From contig OZ037767.1 in the NCBI GenBank assembly GCA_964035545.1, forward strand, positions 27,606,628 through 27,670,627: a DNA stretch of 64,000 nt. The letters are read 5' to 3'. Shown here piece by piece: positions 12,301-25,425 of the stretch. This DNA is from Bugula neritina (Eukaryota; Animalia; Bryozoa). The position numbers and the translations under genes were made by a program. Position 1 is the first letter of the stretch. Every line of letters begins with the position of its first letter. A model generated the notes under the pieces. That model saw nothing but the letters and a program-made list of their open reading frames with translations. It did not search any database and had not been told where the DNA came from.

Positions 12301-14208
12301 TGCCAATTTTAAAAACTACAAATAGTTAAACCATAGAATCATTCATTAAATCTGTAATAAGATTCACTAAAGTAAAACTAATCAAATCTAAATGTCTGAA
12401 AAATAGCTATCACCAATTTTTGAGAGAGAGAAAAAATCTTTTAATAAGTTTTTAAACCCAGTTTTGAAATTATTAATTAATTAATATCAAGTAGTAATTG
12501 TTGCCTCCTGAAAAAAGACACGTTTGTAGCATACATGATAAGCTTGACTTAAGATAAAGGTCTTTAAATCTCGTTGCTAATATACGGAAATACATTCAAT
12601 CTCACTTGTCTTTTTTACAATTTGTAATTTTTTGTCACTTTGTCAGCTATAAAACAGCTGATTTTTCCACAAGTGGGTTGTTTGATTAAAATGTGTTCTT
12701 AGGAAGCAGAAAAGCCTCTCACGATGGCAGACATTGACAAAGCATTAACAGACATCAAGTCAGAAATAGCAACACACATTGACCTGTTACTCCAGAAGTT
12801 ACCTGCAGATTATAGCGGAGCAAATTCGTCAGCATCAAGTGTCAGTGTTCTCTCCGCTGCCGTTACTAATCAGTCTCAAGTGAGTAATTTGTACCAACTA
12901 AATGTTGTGTATTCAGCAGAAGCCTAAAAATGTACTCCTCTCGATATCACATAATAATAATAAATTTCCAACTGTAGCCATTCACAGAAGTCAATGTTGC
13001 AAAGAGTGATAATATCTACTTTTTCAATCATGTGTTGTATATCTCTATTGAGAACAGTATGTTAAGGTTTTCAATGGTAACATGGCTTTGTGGCTTTCAA
13101 ACATAGCATAAATTAAATGCCCTTCCTGCCATCACCAAAGACCTTTGTGGGCTTCAAGTCACTAGCACATGGATCAGGTGCTTTTATTCATTGAACCACA
13201 GCCTAGTTTTTATACAAGTGTGGTTGGTAGGTTGATTAGCTAAACACGAGGACATTTAAATATAGTTTTAATGCTAAATTACACAGGTGTATATTTATTA
13301 TATTATATATTATATGTTTATTATTGGTGTTTAGGGAGAATTCCATTCATGGAAACCGGTAAGAAAGTTGAAACGTCTGCGGAGAGAAGAGTCTCAGGCA
13401 AGTAGCTTTACCTCAGCATCTGGTGCTGACAGGGAAGTGTCAGCCATGGAGTCAGAGCTTCAGAATCTTCAGGTAACAGCAGATTATTTATTACATTCTG
13501 TTGCATATATTGGATTTAGCATGACACATAACTACACCCGATGCAGAGCTAAAAACTGCTAAAGTTTAGTTTTTGATGTGCGTGTTAGGAAAAAGCTGTT
13601 GGAAAGGTTATTGTAATAGCAACACCTTTTAATAAACCGACTGGCTATTATTCATGTATTTATATATTTTCTAAACATACCATACATAATACATTTGCTT
13701 CATAAAAGTTAATGTTGGATAGGAAAAAATATATTCCAGTTGCTGTTAGTGAACTCATGTGTGCCAAGACGCATTATATTATCTGAATCTCAATTTTGAA
13801 CATTTAGTTTTTTAATCTGCCATTTTTCACAAAGATTGAAAAGCTTGAGGCCTCCTGGTTTTAGCCAGCACAATATTTTGTAAGCTGCTAAAGTATTTTC
13901 TACAACATAAGACAAAAGTACCCGGGCTCCCATCATTTGCTTTTAGGTTTTATTTATCTTTAAAAATGCATTCAAATAATACTTTTGCTCTTTTATAGTA
14001 TAAAAAGATTAGTCTATACTTATACAAAGGGCATTCAGTAAATATAAACATCTACATGATATGAACTTTACAGGACCTAATGGAGAGGTTACAGGAAGAT
14101 ATAGAGTACAAACAACTGAAATACCGTGAAGATTTGTCTAGTGTGACAAGTGGTATGGAGTCTTTGTATGAGTACATTAGCTCTGAACCTGTTATTATCA
14201 GGCAATGA
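9331..14208 (+). CDS. TEDC1: Tubulin epsilon and delta complex protein 1
   Basis: Exons approximately 9331-9444, 9622-9721, 10053-10276, 10539-10697, 11096-11284, 11639-11815, 12703-12879, 13335-13472, 14074-14208. PEAFRQAKFDKNEA..MWKLLF, GSRELLLAFGWL, WLNGKLR and FWKWMESVLD match recalled TEDC1/C14orf80 motifs. Confidence 0.85.
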
Positions 14209-14314
14209 GCTCTAATTCATGTCCTAATGAGCTCTAATACACATGTCCTAATGAGCTCTAACACATGTCCTAATGGGCTCTAACATATGTCTCAATGAGA
14301 TCTAATACATGCTC
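14203..14314 (+). repeat. About 22-bp tandem repeat (AATGAGCTCTAACACATGTCCT, 5 units) starting on the TEDC1 stop codon
   Basis: The first unit contains the terminal TGA (14206-14208). Confidence 0.85.
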
Positions 14315-14961
14315 ACAAACATATCCTAGCAATGTATCTTCAAGTATTCATTTGTACATTGCAGTGTTTTTTACAGTAGACTAGCTCTAAAATATTTTTG
14401 TATTTGTTTCCCTGTAAATATGCCTACTAGTCTTCTTAATTGAAGTGACTTGCTACGCATACAAAGCATCATTAGTGAAACTGTGAGTTAATATTTAAAT
14501 AATCATTTCAACTTTCTTAGCACAGTTTTTAGTGTCTGTAAATTTATCCAATCTGACAGAAAATCTCCTAGTAGGAATTATTTTTGTTAAATTCTATTGG
14601 TTTTGCCACAAGTTTATAAGATATTAAACTGGTTGGTTTTTATTTCATGTTTGTAGAGTGTAAAAATCGGTTATAATATTATAAATAGTACAATCTTTCG
14701 ATCTGCCAAAGGTAAAATTTGTGTATTTATACATGTCTTGTTTATAATATAATGACATACATGACCATACACTCAGTTAACTCATTTCATTATAAAGTTT
14801 CATAATTTCATATAAAGTTTCATTCTTTTATAATCAGATGAGCAAACATACTAAAATGGAAAACCTTTTGCTGTTTTTATCAGTACAGTTCCGATCAGTT
14901 CATGAGTGTGTTGCTTATTGGTGGTACTATTTCTTTAATAGGGAGATCATAACTCCCAATA

Positions 14962-17900
14962 TTATGGAGTAGTAACGGAGGTTATTGGCCGCGGTGTTTG
15001 TCTGCTCTCTATCTTTCTTGATCGTCTCACATTTATTACTGGTGTAAAAACCCATGTTCTACAAATTTTCTGAAATTCCCTCACTGCTTCCAATTCTTCA
15101 CTTTCTTCTTCTGATGAGACTTCCAGAGCTTTCTGGCAGTATTCATTTCCCTGTAGATTAGAATTATGGTTATTTCTCATTTAGGTAATTTCTATCTAGT
15201 GGATTTTTAGTATGTTTTTGAAGATATACTTACAGCTGCAAGGTTTTTAAAGAGAAACTGCAGCATTGCTAATGCGTGGAGTATCTTAACCAGCTCCCAG
15301 CTGTCAGATGGCGTGTGCTCTCTTATGTCTAGCACAGCGTTCAGTACTTGAACCGCTTCGGCTTCCTGAGCTTCGTCTATTTACAAAATTAAAAAGAAAT
15401 TAAGTTAGGATTTTTGAGGAACTGTGGGCCGCAGGCAGTGCATAGAACATGGCGATACATGGTACCACTGCTTGGTTTTAGCTCTGAAAATATGTGTGTG
15501 TAGAGTCTATTAAGCATATACAGCTGTCTGTATCTAAATTTGAAAGTATATAAAAAAGTTTATTATATAACTGCTGCAATAAATTTGAAGAGAGTTCAAG
15601 AACTGTAGGCACATATAACATGGATTACAAGTTTTTGGGCTGCTACTCACCTAACTTGTCTTCTTCCTCAATCTCATCATCAAACACTGGGCCTGGGCCT
15701 CGGGCTACAAGTGGAGTTTTGGTTCTCACCTTAATTATTCCCGACAAGTGCTTGTGCCAAATATCAATCACCTGAAAGTAGAATTTTCCCCTGCCATCAA
15801 AATTAAAACATGCAAAAAGTGAAATTAATTTTCTGCTCACATCTGTTTTTTCTTGCTAATTTTCAATAATATCTAGGTGTACTGACCCTTCAAATATCAC
15901 CCAATTTTTTATCTTTTTTCAAAACAATAAGTTTTATCTTTGGCTCAGTGGACAATTGATTTTAAGTTGTTGTTGATAAATTAGGTGCTTGCATTCTAGA
16001 CATTGAATTTCATATATTTTTCAACTACAATATCTTTGCTGTTAAGTATTCCGCTGTCTTAGAAATCAGTATCACTAGAAATAGCTCATTGATTCTAACC
16101 AACATGGTGCAATTCTGTGAGAAAGTATGTGACATGTGACAAACTAAAAATGTCTAAAAAAACTTTTCAAACTTGTGTAATGCACGTACATATAAGACAT
16201 CTTCCAATTTTAAATTTTTAGTAATATGAAATATGATAGGTGGTAGAAGACCTTTCAAATTAGAGAAACTTATACGGGAAACTAATATATACCCTGGTAT
16301 AAAGTGAGTCAGCAACTGCCATTTCGTTCTTTCTGAAGAAGATGTTTGCCATGTGGTAGTAGCCACCAGCAGTTCTAATGTCATCAGTTCCAAACTCCTG
16401 TGCTGAATGGTAGATCTATAACAAACATGCTGAATGAGAAAATATTTAAACATCATTGTATTTCACAAATTTTAGTGGAAAGTTCTTAGCTTACATTATT
16501 CAACTAGACTCCTAAAATATTTTTAAGATTTCACAGAAGCCAACATTACCATCATAAAATGTGGTAATTATCAAAAGTAAAATATATAAATTTGCAATAT
16601 AATTTTTGAAATAATATATTATTTTAAAAAATCATTTAAATATATTTTTTTTTATGTGTGTTGAGAAGAGACCTAAAATTTTCTAGTTTAATACCCTTGA
16701 AAAAACTTTATATATTGTATTTTGGTGTTGTAAATGAAATAGTATCACTAATAATTGTTTGATATTGAGACATGGACTTTATTGCTACCAGACAATACCA
16801 GAACATTAACATTTTTCTTACATCATCAGCAAGCTGCCTCAGAGCCTCATCATAGTCTCCTTTGGCAGCATATAGCAGGCCTAGATTTCTGTACAACTTA
16901 GACTTGATGGCGTTAGAACATTCTGGAGTCTTCAGAACAGTCCAGTTAGCTTGCATTAAATATTCCTCAGCCTGTTCCAACCTTCCAAGACCTGTTAGTA
17001 GAACATTTTATCTTGAAGCAGATGTAATTGTTTATAGTAAGAGTATTTCAGACAAATGTCTCCTTACATCTACAAATGCATTTGTGTGTTGACAGATTTC
17101 AGTCAATGATGAAGTTAATTTTCACCAAAAGTGTAGTAAACAAGTTTTGGTATACTAAGCTAAAGCTGAGCAAAGCTCTATTCAACTTTAAAACGTTTTT
17201 AAAATCTTATTTTGGTACCAGAAAAAGCAGGGAATAATGTAATACAAAGTTCTATAATAATGTTTATTAGTTTCTGCCATTCAAGAGCTTTTGGTTGGAA
17301 GCTCTTTACACATGTGAACTAAGAAGACTTGGTATTTTAGAGTATATCTAGTGAGATGTGATAATCTTACTACAGATGGGTACAGTCGGGTAAACTTTTA
17401 GCTAAAGTACTATCGGAATTAAGCACTGCACAGTTGCTCCTGATTAGATAGTGTATTCGTAAATATCTTACCGATGCTGGCCTCTCCGAGAATCAAGTAC
17501 GATGGCACTAGATTGATGCTTGCTAGTCCAAACACATCTATAGCAAATTTTAAAGATTGCAGAGCAGCAGGCACTGCTTGGTCATGTTTCCCTTCAAACA
17601 ATAGTTTCTGCCCAGTTGTTCTTGTCAGTTCAATTAAATCCATCTGTAATTATATTGAGTAGCATTTTATAGCCTTTTTAACTAGTTTTTAGCGAGAAAA
17701 ATTATTATTTTGCAAGTATACTAAACATATAGACCATGGGTATGTAAAATCATCAAAAATACTTTTATCTCAAGTGAAATTTACACTTATAATATGGTAT
17801 TAATTTTTCTAACAGTGTAAAGAGATTTTAAAATATGGAGTGTGTTTTAGTAGATGCACCAACTACCTTAATTCTAATTTAAGATTTTTTCCAATTCCTG

Positions 17901-18684
17901 GACTGTTTTAGTGCTTTGTCATTTTATTTTTAGATTAAAATGAGTTACTTTTGTAAAAAATACAACTTTTTAGCTGCATTGTAGCAAACTCAAAAAGGAT
18001 GTTACAAAAACTTGATTGTAATTGTTATGTTTTTAAAAAAAATTGGCTTATAAAGTGTAAGGTTACCTTCTGCTGCAGTAGCCATTGTTTTCTGTTGTCT
18101 CGTTCTTCTTCTGATGTAAGAAATGGTAATTGAGTTCGCAACGGAATAAGAAGTTGGCATATTTTTTCATGAACACCCAGCCAATCTGTTTTTTGATGTT
18201 CAACACCACTTGAAAATGAGAAAATATCTTTTACTGAACAATTATTACTATCACTGTTAACATTTTTAGTAAACCGTCGGTGTCATCATAACTATTTGGT
18301 TAATTAATAGATTATTATTATTTTTATAAGTGAAACAACAATGAATAACTTGGATAACTATAAGTGACTGCTCATTAAATAAGGGCATGTAGCAATGTTG
18401 TAAAAACAGTAATATAAATTAATTTATCAAATATTACTTGATAAACAAACAAATCAAATCAAACTACAATACAAGAATGAGTATCAACTTGAAAAAAAAA
18501 TAAGTTTAGATGTTTGTCAAATTAAAATACTGATAGAGTGATTAAGTTGGACTTAGACTTGGAAGTTAGAGCCCTACCAATAATAGGTGACTCTACATTC
18601 TGTACATTGAATAAATGCTGGTTTTTGACATAATTCACACAAAAGCTTAACTCCTTTTGGATTTGACAAGGGATTTATACTCAT
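14962..18684 (-). CDS. ZMYND12: Zinc finger MYND domain-containing protein 12 (MYND plus TPR-like helices)
   Basis: The start MSINPLSNPKGVKLLCELCQKPAFIQCTECRVTYYC (18684-18578) joins GVEHQKTDWLGVHEKIC (18208-18067). Later exons give AVPAALQSL..LVPSYLILGEASIG and QAEEYLMQANWTVLKT..LYRNLGLLYAAKG. About 8 exons; stop at 14962. Confidence 0.92.
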
Positions 18685-19074
18685 CTTTGTCTCAGTACAA
18701 ATAGTAAATAAACAATTTATGAAATAATAGAGCAACTGCAAGTCACTAGCTCTGCGACTTGAGTCAGTGCTTCAATTGCTGTTAGCCAAGTTGTCACTAA
18801 GGAAGTACAGCCTTAGTTTATACTGGGAAAGCGCAACATCAACCTATGTGATCCACTGCTACAATCGTATAGGTCATGGTCACTTACAAAACTCGATTCT
18901 TCGAACTATCACCATCAGTACCACTCAATGAAATTGAAAGAATGATTAAATAATATGATTAGAAATATTACATGTGCATGCGAAACACAAATTTATAGTC
19001 ACTCATAGCTTTCAAATTTAGTTTAGTCATTTGAATGGTTTCTTTTTTTAATTGTACTACGAACAAGCACAGTT

Positions 19075-19340
19075 GAATTACTAATACAAAAACTAATACT
19101 AATACTATTACTATTAGTATTAGTATTACTATTACTAATAGTAATACTAATAGTAATAGTTATAGTAATACTAATAGTAATACTAATAGTAATAGAGTAA
19201 TACTAATAGTAATTAGAAATAGATGATCATACTGATACTGACAGTGATAGTAATACTAATACACTCAGTCTCAGTCTGATACTGATAAGTTATAACCTAT
19301 AAGTATAAGGGATACCAATACCAGTAGTAGTAGTGAGAAT
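19075..19340. repeat. Hexamer-periodic tract in the ZMYND12/CDC123 divergent interval
   Basis: (actaat)n and (agtaat)n runs grading into actgat/agtgat/agtctc. Confidence 0.8.
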
Positions 19341-19505
19341 CAAAACGTACAAGTACAACTGCAACAACACCAGAATAGCCAATGCTCAAGGAAATAAAAT
19401 TGACATCAGCCGTCATTTGAACATTAACAATAACTATAACTATAAGCATTGCCATACTGATACTTAAAAGTTGGAAAGTTTGGAGCGTAAAAATCTTCGT
19501 TCAAT

Positions 19506-21028
19506 ATGGGAACAAATCAAGAAATTTTGAATTGTTCATTTAATCTTTGGTATCCCAATTTTCGAACTTTGACTATTCCATCAATAGTGATCAAAGTTCC
19601 CAAAGTATTTACTGATTATCTGTTGGAAGATGGCTTATTCCTACCAGACAACTTTAAAGAGAATCAGAATGTTGAGGAAAGTTGGTCAACAACAACTGTT
19701 GATGTTAATCCCGATGATGATGGCATATCAAACGAAGAAAGAAAATCACAAGCTATGTTTACTAACAAGGATTTCATTCAGTTTCGATCTGATGTATTGA
19801 CTGCTATTTCAAAACTAGGTGGTAAAGTCTTTCCGAAATTGAACTGGAGTTCTCCAAAAGATGCCTCATGGATAGCGGTCAACAATAGCTTATGTTGTGA
19901 AACTTTTAACGACATTTGTTTGCTTTTTAAAAGCTCTGATTTTATTACTCATGATCTAACTGAACCATTTATTTCAGTAACTGATCAAAACCTCTCTTCC
20001 ATCCCTGAAGTAGAATATGTCCTAGTTTTACGAAAATGGCTCAACATTTCCCCATCAGGAGAGTTCCGCTGTTTTGTCAAGGATAAAAAATTGATAGCCA
20101 TTAGTCAAAGATCTCAGCATTTTCATGATTTTGTTGACCCATCTAAATCTACAATAGTGCAGAATATTTGTCACTTCTTTGAAAACAGAATTGTACAAGT
20201 GTTTCCGGAATCATCTTACACATTTGATGTCAGCATGCCAAGGCTCGATAAAGACCCAACACTGTTGGATTTCAACCCATTTCAAAGAGTAACAGATGGG
20301 CTTTTATTTTCTTGGGATGAGCTAGATGGTGAAACAGAATTCCCAGAGCGCCTATCTGAAGATGGTTCCCATTTTAATGGCATTGTATTTAGAAGCGTTC
20401 CCAAGGAAGGTATGCTCTTTCAATAATTTACCCTCTAAAGTCTCAATTTATTCAATATAAATTTTTATGATGTATGTGAGTTGTGGACGAGTGCATGTCA
20501 ACAAATTTGATTTTTCCAACAAGGTACAACAGATTTTGACAAAGTTCCGTGTGAGCATCTGTTACGTAATTATGTGGTTTATAGCTGACAATAACCACAA
20601 TGTGCTGGAGGGCAACTTGACATAACGTAATATGCATGTGTGCTGTACAGGTGTTGAACTACAGTTATTGTCGAATTTTAAATATTCAGTTATCACATTT
20701 GATATACTGGGTGCATAGTATTAGGTTCAAGATATAAATTATGAATTATTTTTACTTGCAACTCAACTTAACAAGCTTGCACTGAGGAGAACTTTTCTTG
20801 TCATGGCCACTCTAGTTTCAAGAATTTATAATGTAAATTTGCAGAATATAATTCATTGAAGTTGTGCTTGTCAATAACTTTAATATTTGGTTTTTTGTAG
20901 GAGTTGTCAGTCATGAATTGCGAAATTACGCATTTCCATTAGATTTCCAACATCTTGCATCTGGGGAAGATCCAGAAAAGCTAATTGACTTGTTGAAGTT
21001 AAAACAGAAATCAGAGCTAATAAAGTGA
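19506..21028 (+). CDS. CDC123: Cell division cycle protein 123 (eIF2 assembly factor, ATP-grasp)
   Basis: Exons 19506-20409 and 20901-21028 (phase 1 join). Motifs CSFNLWYPNF, LGGKVFPKLNWSSPKDASWI, LLFKSSDFITHDL, LVLRKW, EFRCFVK, LLDFNPF, LLFSWDEL. Confidence 0.95.
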
Positions 21029-21314
21029 ACAGGTTCTAAAATTGTTCTAACATATTTTGTTCTTATTTCGTCATAGTCAAAATAACAAAAGTGGCTACAA
21101 AAGAAAAAAAATTTTTATATGTGAAGAAAGCCATATACTAGCTTCATAATTATTCACTTTTTGAGTCATTTGTTTATACAGTTGAATTTGCTTATGCATT
21201 TGCCACTTTCTGCACTGTATTGTACTGTTAACACATTACAACTCATGTTTTGATACAATTTTAAACACTATTTAATTTCTTACATCCAAATGTTAGCAAA
21301 CTTCATATAAAATG

Positions 21315-23574
21315 TTATTCTGTTACATCAGAATCGTTCTCTCTTGCTTTCAATTGTCTATCTAGTGAAGCAACTTTTTCTTTTTCAACTCTTGCATGTT
21401 CTCTGGTAAAATGCACATAGGCCTCATCTTGATCTTTCAGTGGGACAGACTCACGGTATTTTTTCACCAGATCATATCTTTCCCATGGCTGCAGTAAACA
21501 CAAACATTCAAGTTATCATCAATAAATAATTATGTAATCAAGCAGCAATTTTACAGGTGAAGTTGACATGTGACTACTTACTTTACAATTCTCTTTCAAT
21601 TGGGCTTTTTTCCACATTTTTGGTGTGACGCAGTTCCCCATAATTTCAAAGCCAATTAAATTAGATCTTTCCCACCTCTCTCTCCATGGTCTAGGGTTGA
21701 GCTTAACCTAAGGAAAAAATGTACATGCAATATGCAGTTATTGGATTTTCAACATTGAAACCAGTTTTGTTAATCAGCATGAATTAGTTAAATAACTGAT
21801 AAGCATACCTTGATCGGGTTAATAGGTACAGGTGCTCCTCTTGGATGAGGGATAGCCTCGATATCAAAGGGTATTTCACTGTATTCAGGAGGGGCATCCC
21901 TTAAATAAAGCAGTTCTTCGTCTAGCCTCTTTTCTAATTTAATGACCTAAAAATGATTATTGTAGTTTTTAAGTATTTGTTCTATTTTCAAATTGAACCA
22001 CCAAAACATTTTATAAATGCACTCAAAAGCAGTCACTTGAGTCAATGAACTTAGGTACACAATACTTATACTGTCACAACTATCAGTATTTGAGTTAAAT
22101 AACAAACAGGAAACAGAAACTTGTTGAAAATTGTCAGGCTTAGTTGTGCAGCAACTCAAATTGCTATAATAGAAGAGAAGTGTAGATTTTGTTACTTAAA
22201 TTTCATTTTTCAAGAAAATAGACCAAATTTGCCACCAATGCTTTTGATCACATGATGGCCAATGTCAGTAAGAATAAAGGTTTTCTTCATATATTGCAGA
22301 TAGAAGAAAAATCTACCAACCTCTATCTTCTTTATTGTAGGGTTGTACAATTCATACATTATCTCTATTCCTTGGTTATCGATATAGTTCCGTAAAACAA
22401 AGTTGTGTTTCAATCCTGTCTCTGATCTCTCAATACATATTCCAACAAACTTTGACTCTCCATTATCAGCATATGGATCAGAAAGTGTAACTGCCAGAAT
22501 AGACCCTGTAGATGCAAACATCCAATGAAAACACGAAGAGGCTTGTGCCACAATTGCTATTTGAAAATTACCAAAACTAAATAATCTCCAATACAAAGAC
22601 AATCCCTTTTTAATAATCATAATGAAAAAATATGTCATAGCAAAATAATACACATGTATATACACAAACAAACAACATTATGTGTTGAACAATTCAAAAT
22701 TTGGATTGGCATTTGCTCAAAATAATCAAAAGCTTTTTTTCTTGTTACTGCATTTATTTTCCCTCAATAAAACATTATGTTAAAAATTGATGCATGTTTC
22801 TAACCAGGGCAGCACACATAGCACAACTTACCGACATAAAACTCGGGAATATCTAATCTAGCTCTACGCTTCATCATATCTTCACGCTCCAGTAGCTCTC
22901 TCACAGGATCACGATGCTCAGGATTGCTGGCTGGCATGAATTCTGGATGCACAAATCTAAAGCAGTAGTACTAGAGTGAATAATTAAATATAATATGCTG
23001 CAATCTATGGAAATAAAATATTGTAAAATAATAATGAAGGAAACGTGTTGTTGATATAATTGTAGCTGTATATCAAGACAAACTCGAACAATTAGCTCAC
23101 ACGCACAAACGCGCAAGCACGTAATCTTTGAATTTAATAAAATATGAATGTCATTACTTAAATCTTCGAGCTGCCTGAAGTTCTTCTGGATTATATTCTT
23201 CAATAGCTGGTGATGCAACATTTTCACGTGGACTTTCTCTGAACTGATCCAATAATTTCTTAGGAACAGCTTGATGTTCTGGCTGGTACCGATAACCTCT
23301 GAGTAGTCTCACTTTGAAAGAAATAATTGACACATGCGCAGCATGGCACCAGCTTAATCAAACATAATCCAAATCATTTAACAGAAAAGTCAACCAATTA
23401 TAATCCATTTGTTAAAAAAAAATTGAGGTATTTTAATCAAATAAGCCACAGGATTGCTGCAAGACAAGCATTAACATTATTAGGAGATACTGATATGCAC
23501 TTACCAAACGATTTAGCATATGTACATGAGAACTGAAGTTCCGAAAATGACCTTAGAGCATTGTGTAGCGCCAT
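21315..23574 (-). CDS. MRPL19: Mitochondrial ribosomal protein bL19m
   Basis: Start [10 protein letters not shown] (23574). Spliced peptide [112 protein letters not shown]. Confidence 0.95.
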
Positions 23575-24789
23575 GAGATACCTTTTTTCTGAAACAAAAA
23601 TATCTTCTTTTAGTAATATCTTTAATAAATTTAATGAATTGACTGGCTACTAATTGATACTTGAAAATATATAACTAGAATAGATGTTATCAAAGCCAAT
23701 ATTTTAAGATTCATATTTAGTATTAACGACTGGCAAATAAACTTCATTACTTATGATATAGGTATATTTGTTAGGTTTATTGACATTTTATAATTGTAAT
23801 TATTTATAGGAAATGTATAGTTTAGTTGCCAGTGTAGCATCTAATACAATACTGATGATGCTGACATCAAAATAATAAAAATACTATCATTACCAGTTAC
23901 CTACTTATCGATAGCAGTATTATTCTGCATTAGCCTTGATGCAGAAAAACTGGTAAGTCTAAATGTGAGCATGTGAACATTGCCATTAGTAATTAGACTT
24001 ATTAATAATCTTAGTATAATATAAATTAAACATCAATTTAAATTATAACATTAACTGTAAGCATGAGTTTGACTTTTATAAGTCGACTTTGAGTAGTACA
24101 GGCTATTTTTCAGTTTACAGTTTGAGGTTATACTAAATCTAATAAAATATCAAAAATAATTTAAAATGTTATAATAATATTAATAACTATCAAATTATTA
24201 ATTAATATTATTTCAATTTATACTTTTACTTTTAGTTTTATAATTCAAATTATTTAGCTGCTAACTTCACATTACACTTTACAGTTACTCTTTATTCTTA
24301 TTGATTACTCTAAGACTTAAATCTTTTTCACAAAAACATATAAAAGTATCATCAGTATTAATAGGTATGTACCAGATGCATACCCACAACAAATAAATAT
24401 AATAGCAATTATTTCTAAATTAAATTCAAATTGAATAGTTCTACCCTAGTAAATTTTGATCATTGAAAGTTCAATGATGGATAAAAGACCTTGACATAAC
24501 AACAAAGCAACTTTACTGGAATCGATGTCAGTTTAAGCATGTTTGTAAAAAGTACAATATTAAACAGCTTTTCGAGGGGCCCCAAATTATATGCACTGTT
24601 GAGATCTCAGGTTACAGTGTTACACGTCAATGAGAACGACTCAAACCAAAACACATCCACCAGTCCCTGATTCTTGACGTTATGACTAAAGCAAACTCCA
24701 ATAACTATAAGCATATTGATTTTAATTATTACTTATGAATAAAACTTATATAGGAACTAACCTACACATACATTTAGGTAAATTGTTGG

Positions 24790-25210
24790 CATACTGATAC
24801 TGAAGTTTCTCTGTCGTTTTTCTGTCTGTAGCCTGTAAGACTAAGACTAAGAGTAACTGTAAGTGTAACTGTAAGACTAAGAGTAAGTGTAAGTGTAACT
24901 GCAAGAGTTAGTAAGAGTAAGAGTGAGTGTATCTGTATTAGTAGTCTCAGTATGACATAATCATAATTATAATATTATTTTAATATCTCATTATGATTAT
25001 GATGATTGCAATGATATTGATTGGCATTATCATTATGATTAACTATTTTTCAGTTTTATTCTTTAACATTAAATTGAACAGTTCAAGTTTTGAGTATAAT
25101 TTATAAGTATAACTATAAGTATAAGTATTATATAGTTTAAATTAAATTTAAAGTACTACGTCCTACGTCGACTACTACTAATGCTAGTACTAGTGCTAGT
25201 ACTTTTAGCC
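24790..25210. repeat. Hexamer-periodic tract in the MRPL19/SEC22B divergent interval
   Basis: gtaagactaagactaagagtaactgtaagtgtaactgtaag... and ataagtataactataagt runs. Confidence 0.75.
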
Positions 25211-25425
25211 TTTAGGCTTTTAGCAATATTGCGAAAAAATTTCTATTTTTCACAAAAATGTTGATTTCCAATGTGTATTTGCATATTTGTTAATGTGTTG
25301 CCAAATAATTATAATTTGGTGTTTTTGCAGTTGGTGTCAAAATTGGCAGTCATTGAACTTGGGTGAAGCTAGTAGCACGAAATTTGAAGTCAAGATATAG
25401 TACCCGGTTTCGAGAAATCACCAAC

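Noticed and set aside
13100-13205. Possible SINE/LINE tail fragment (TGCCCTTCCTGCC...)
   Set aside because: Only a short motif resemblance; no second copy, target-site duplication or pol III boxes visible.
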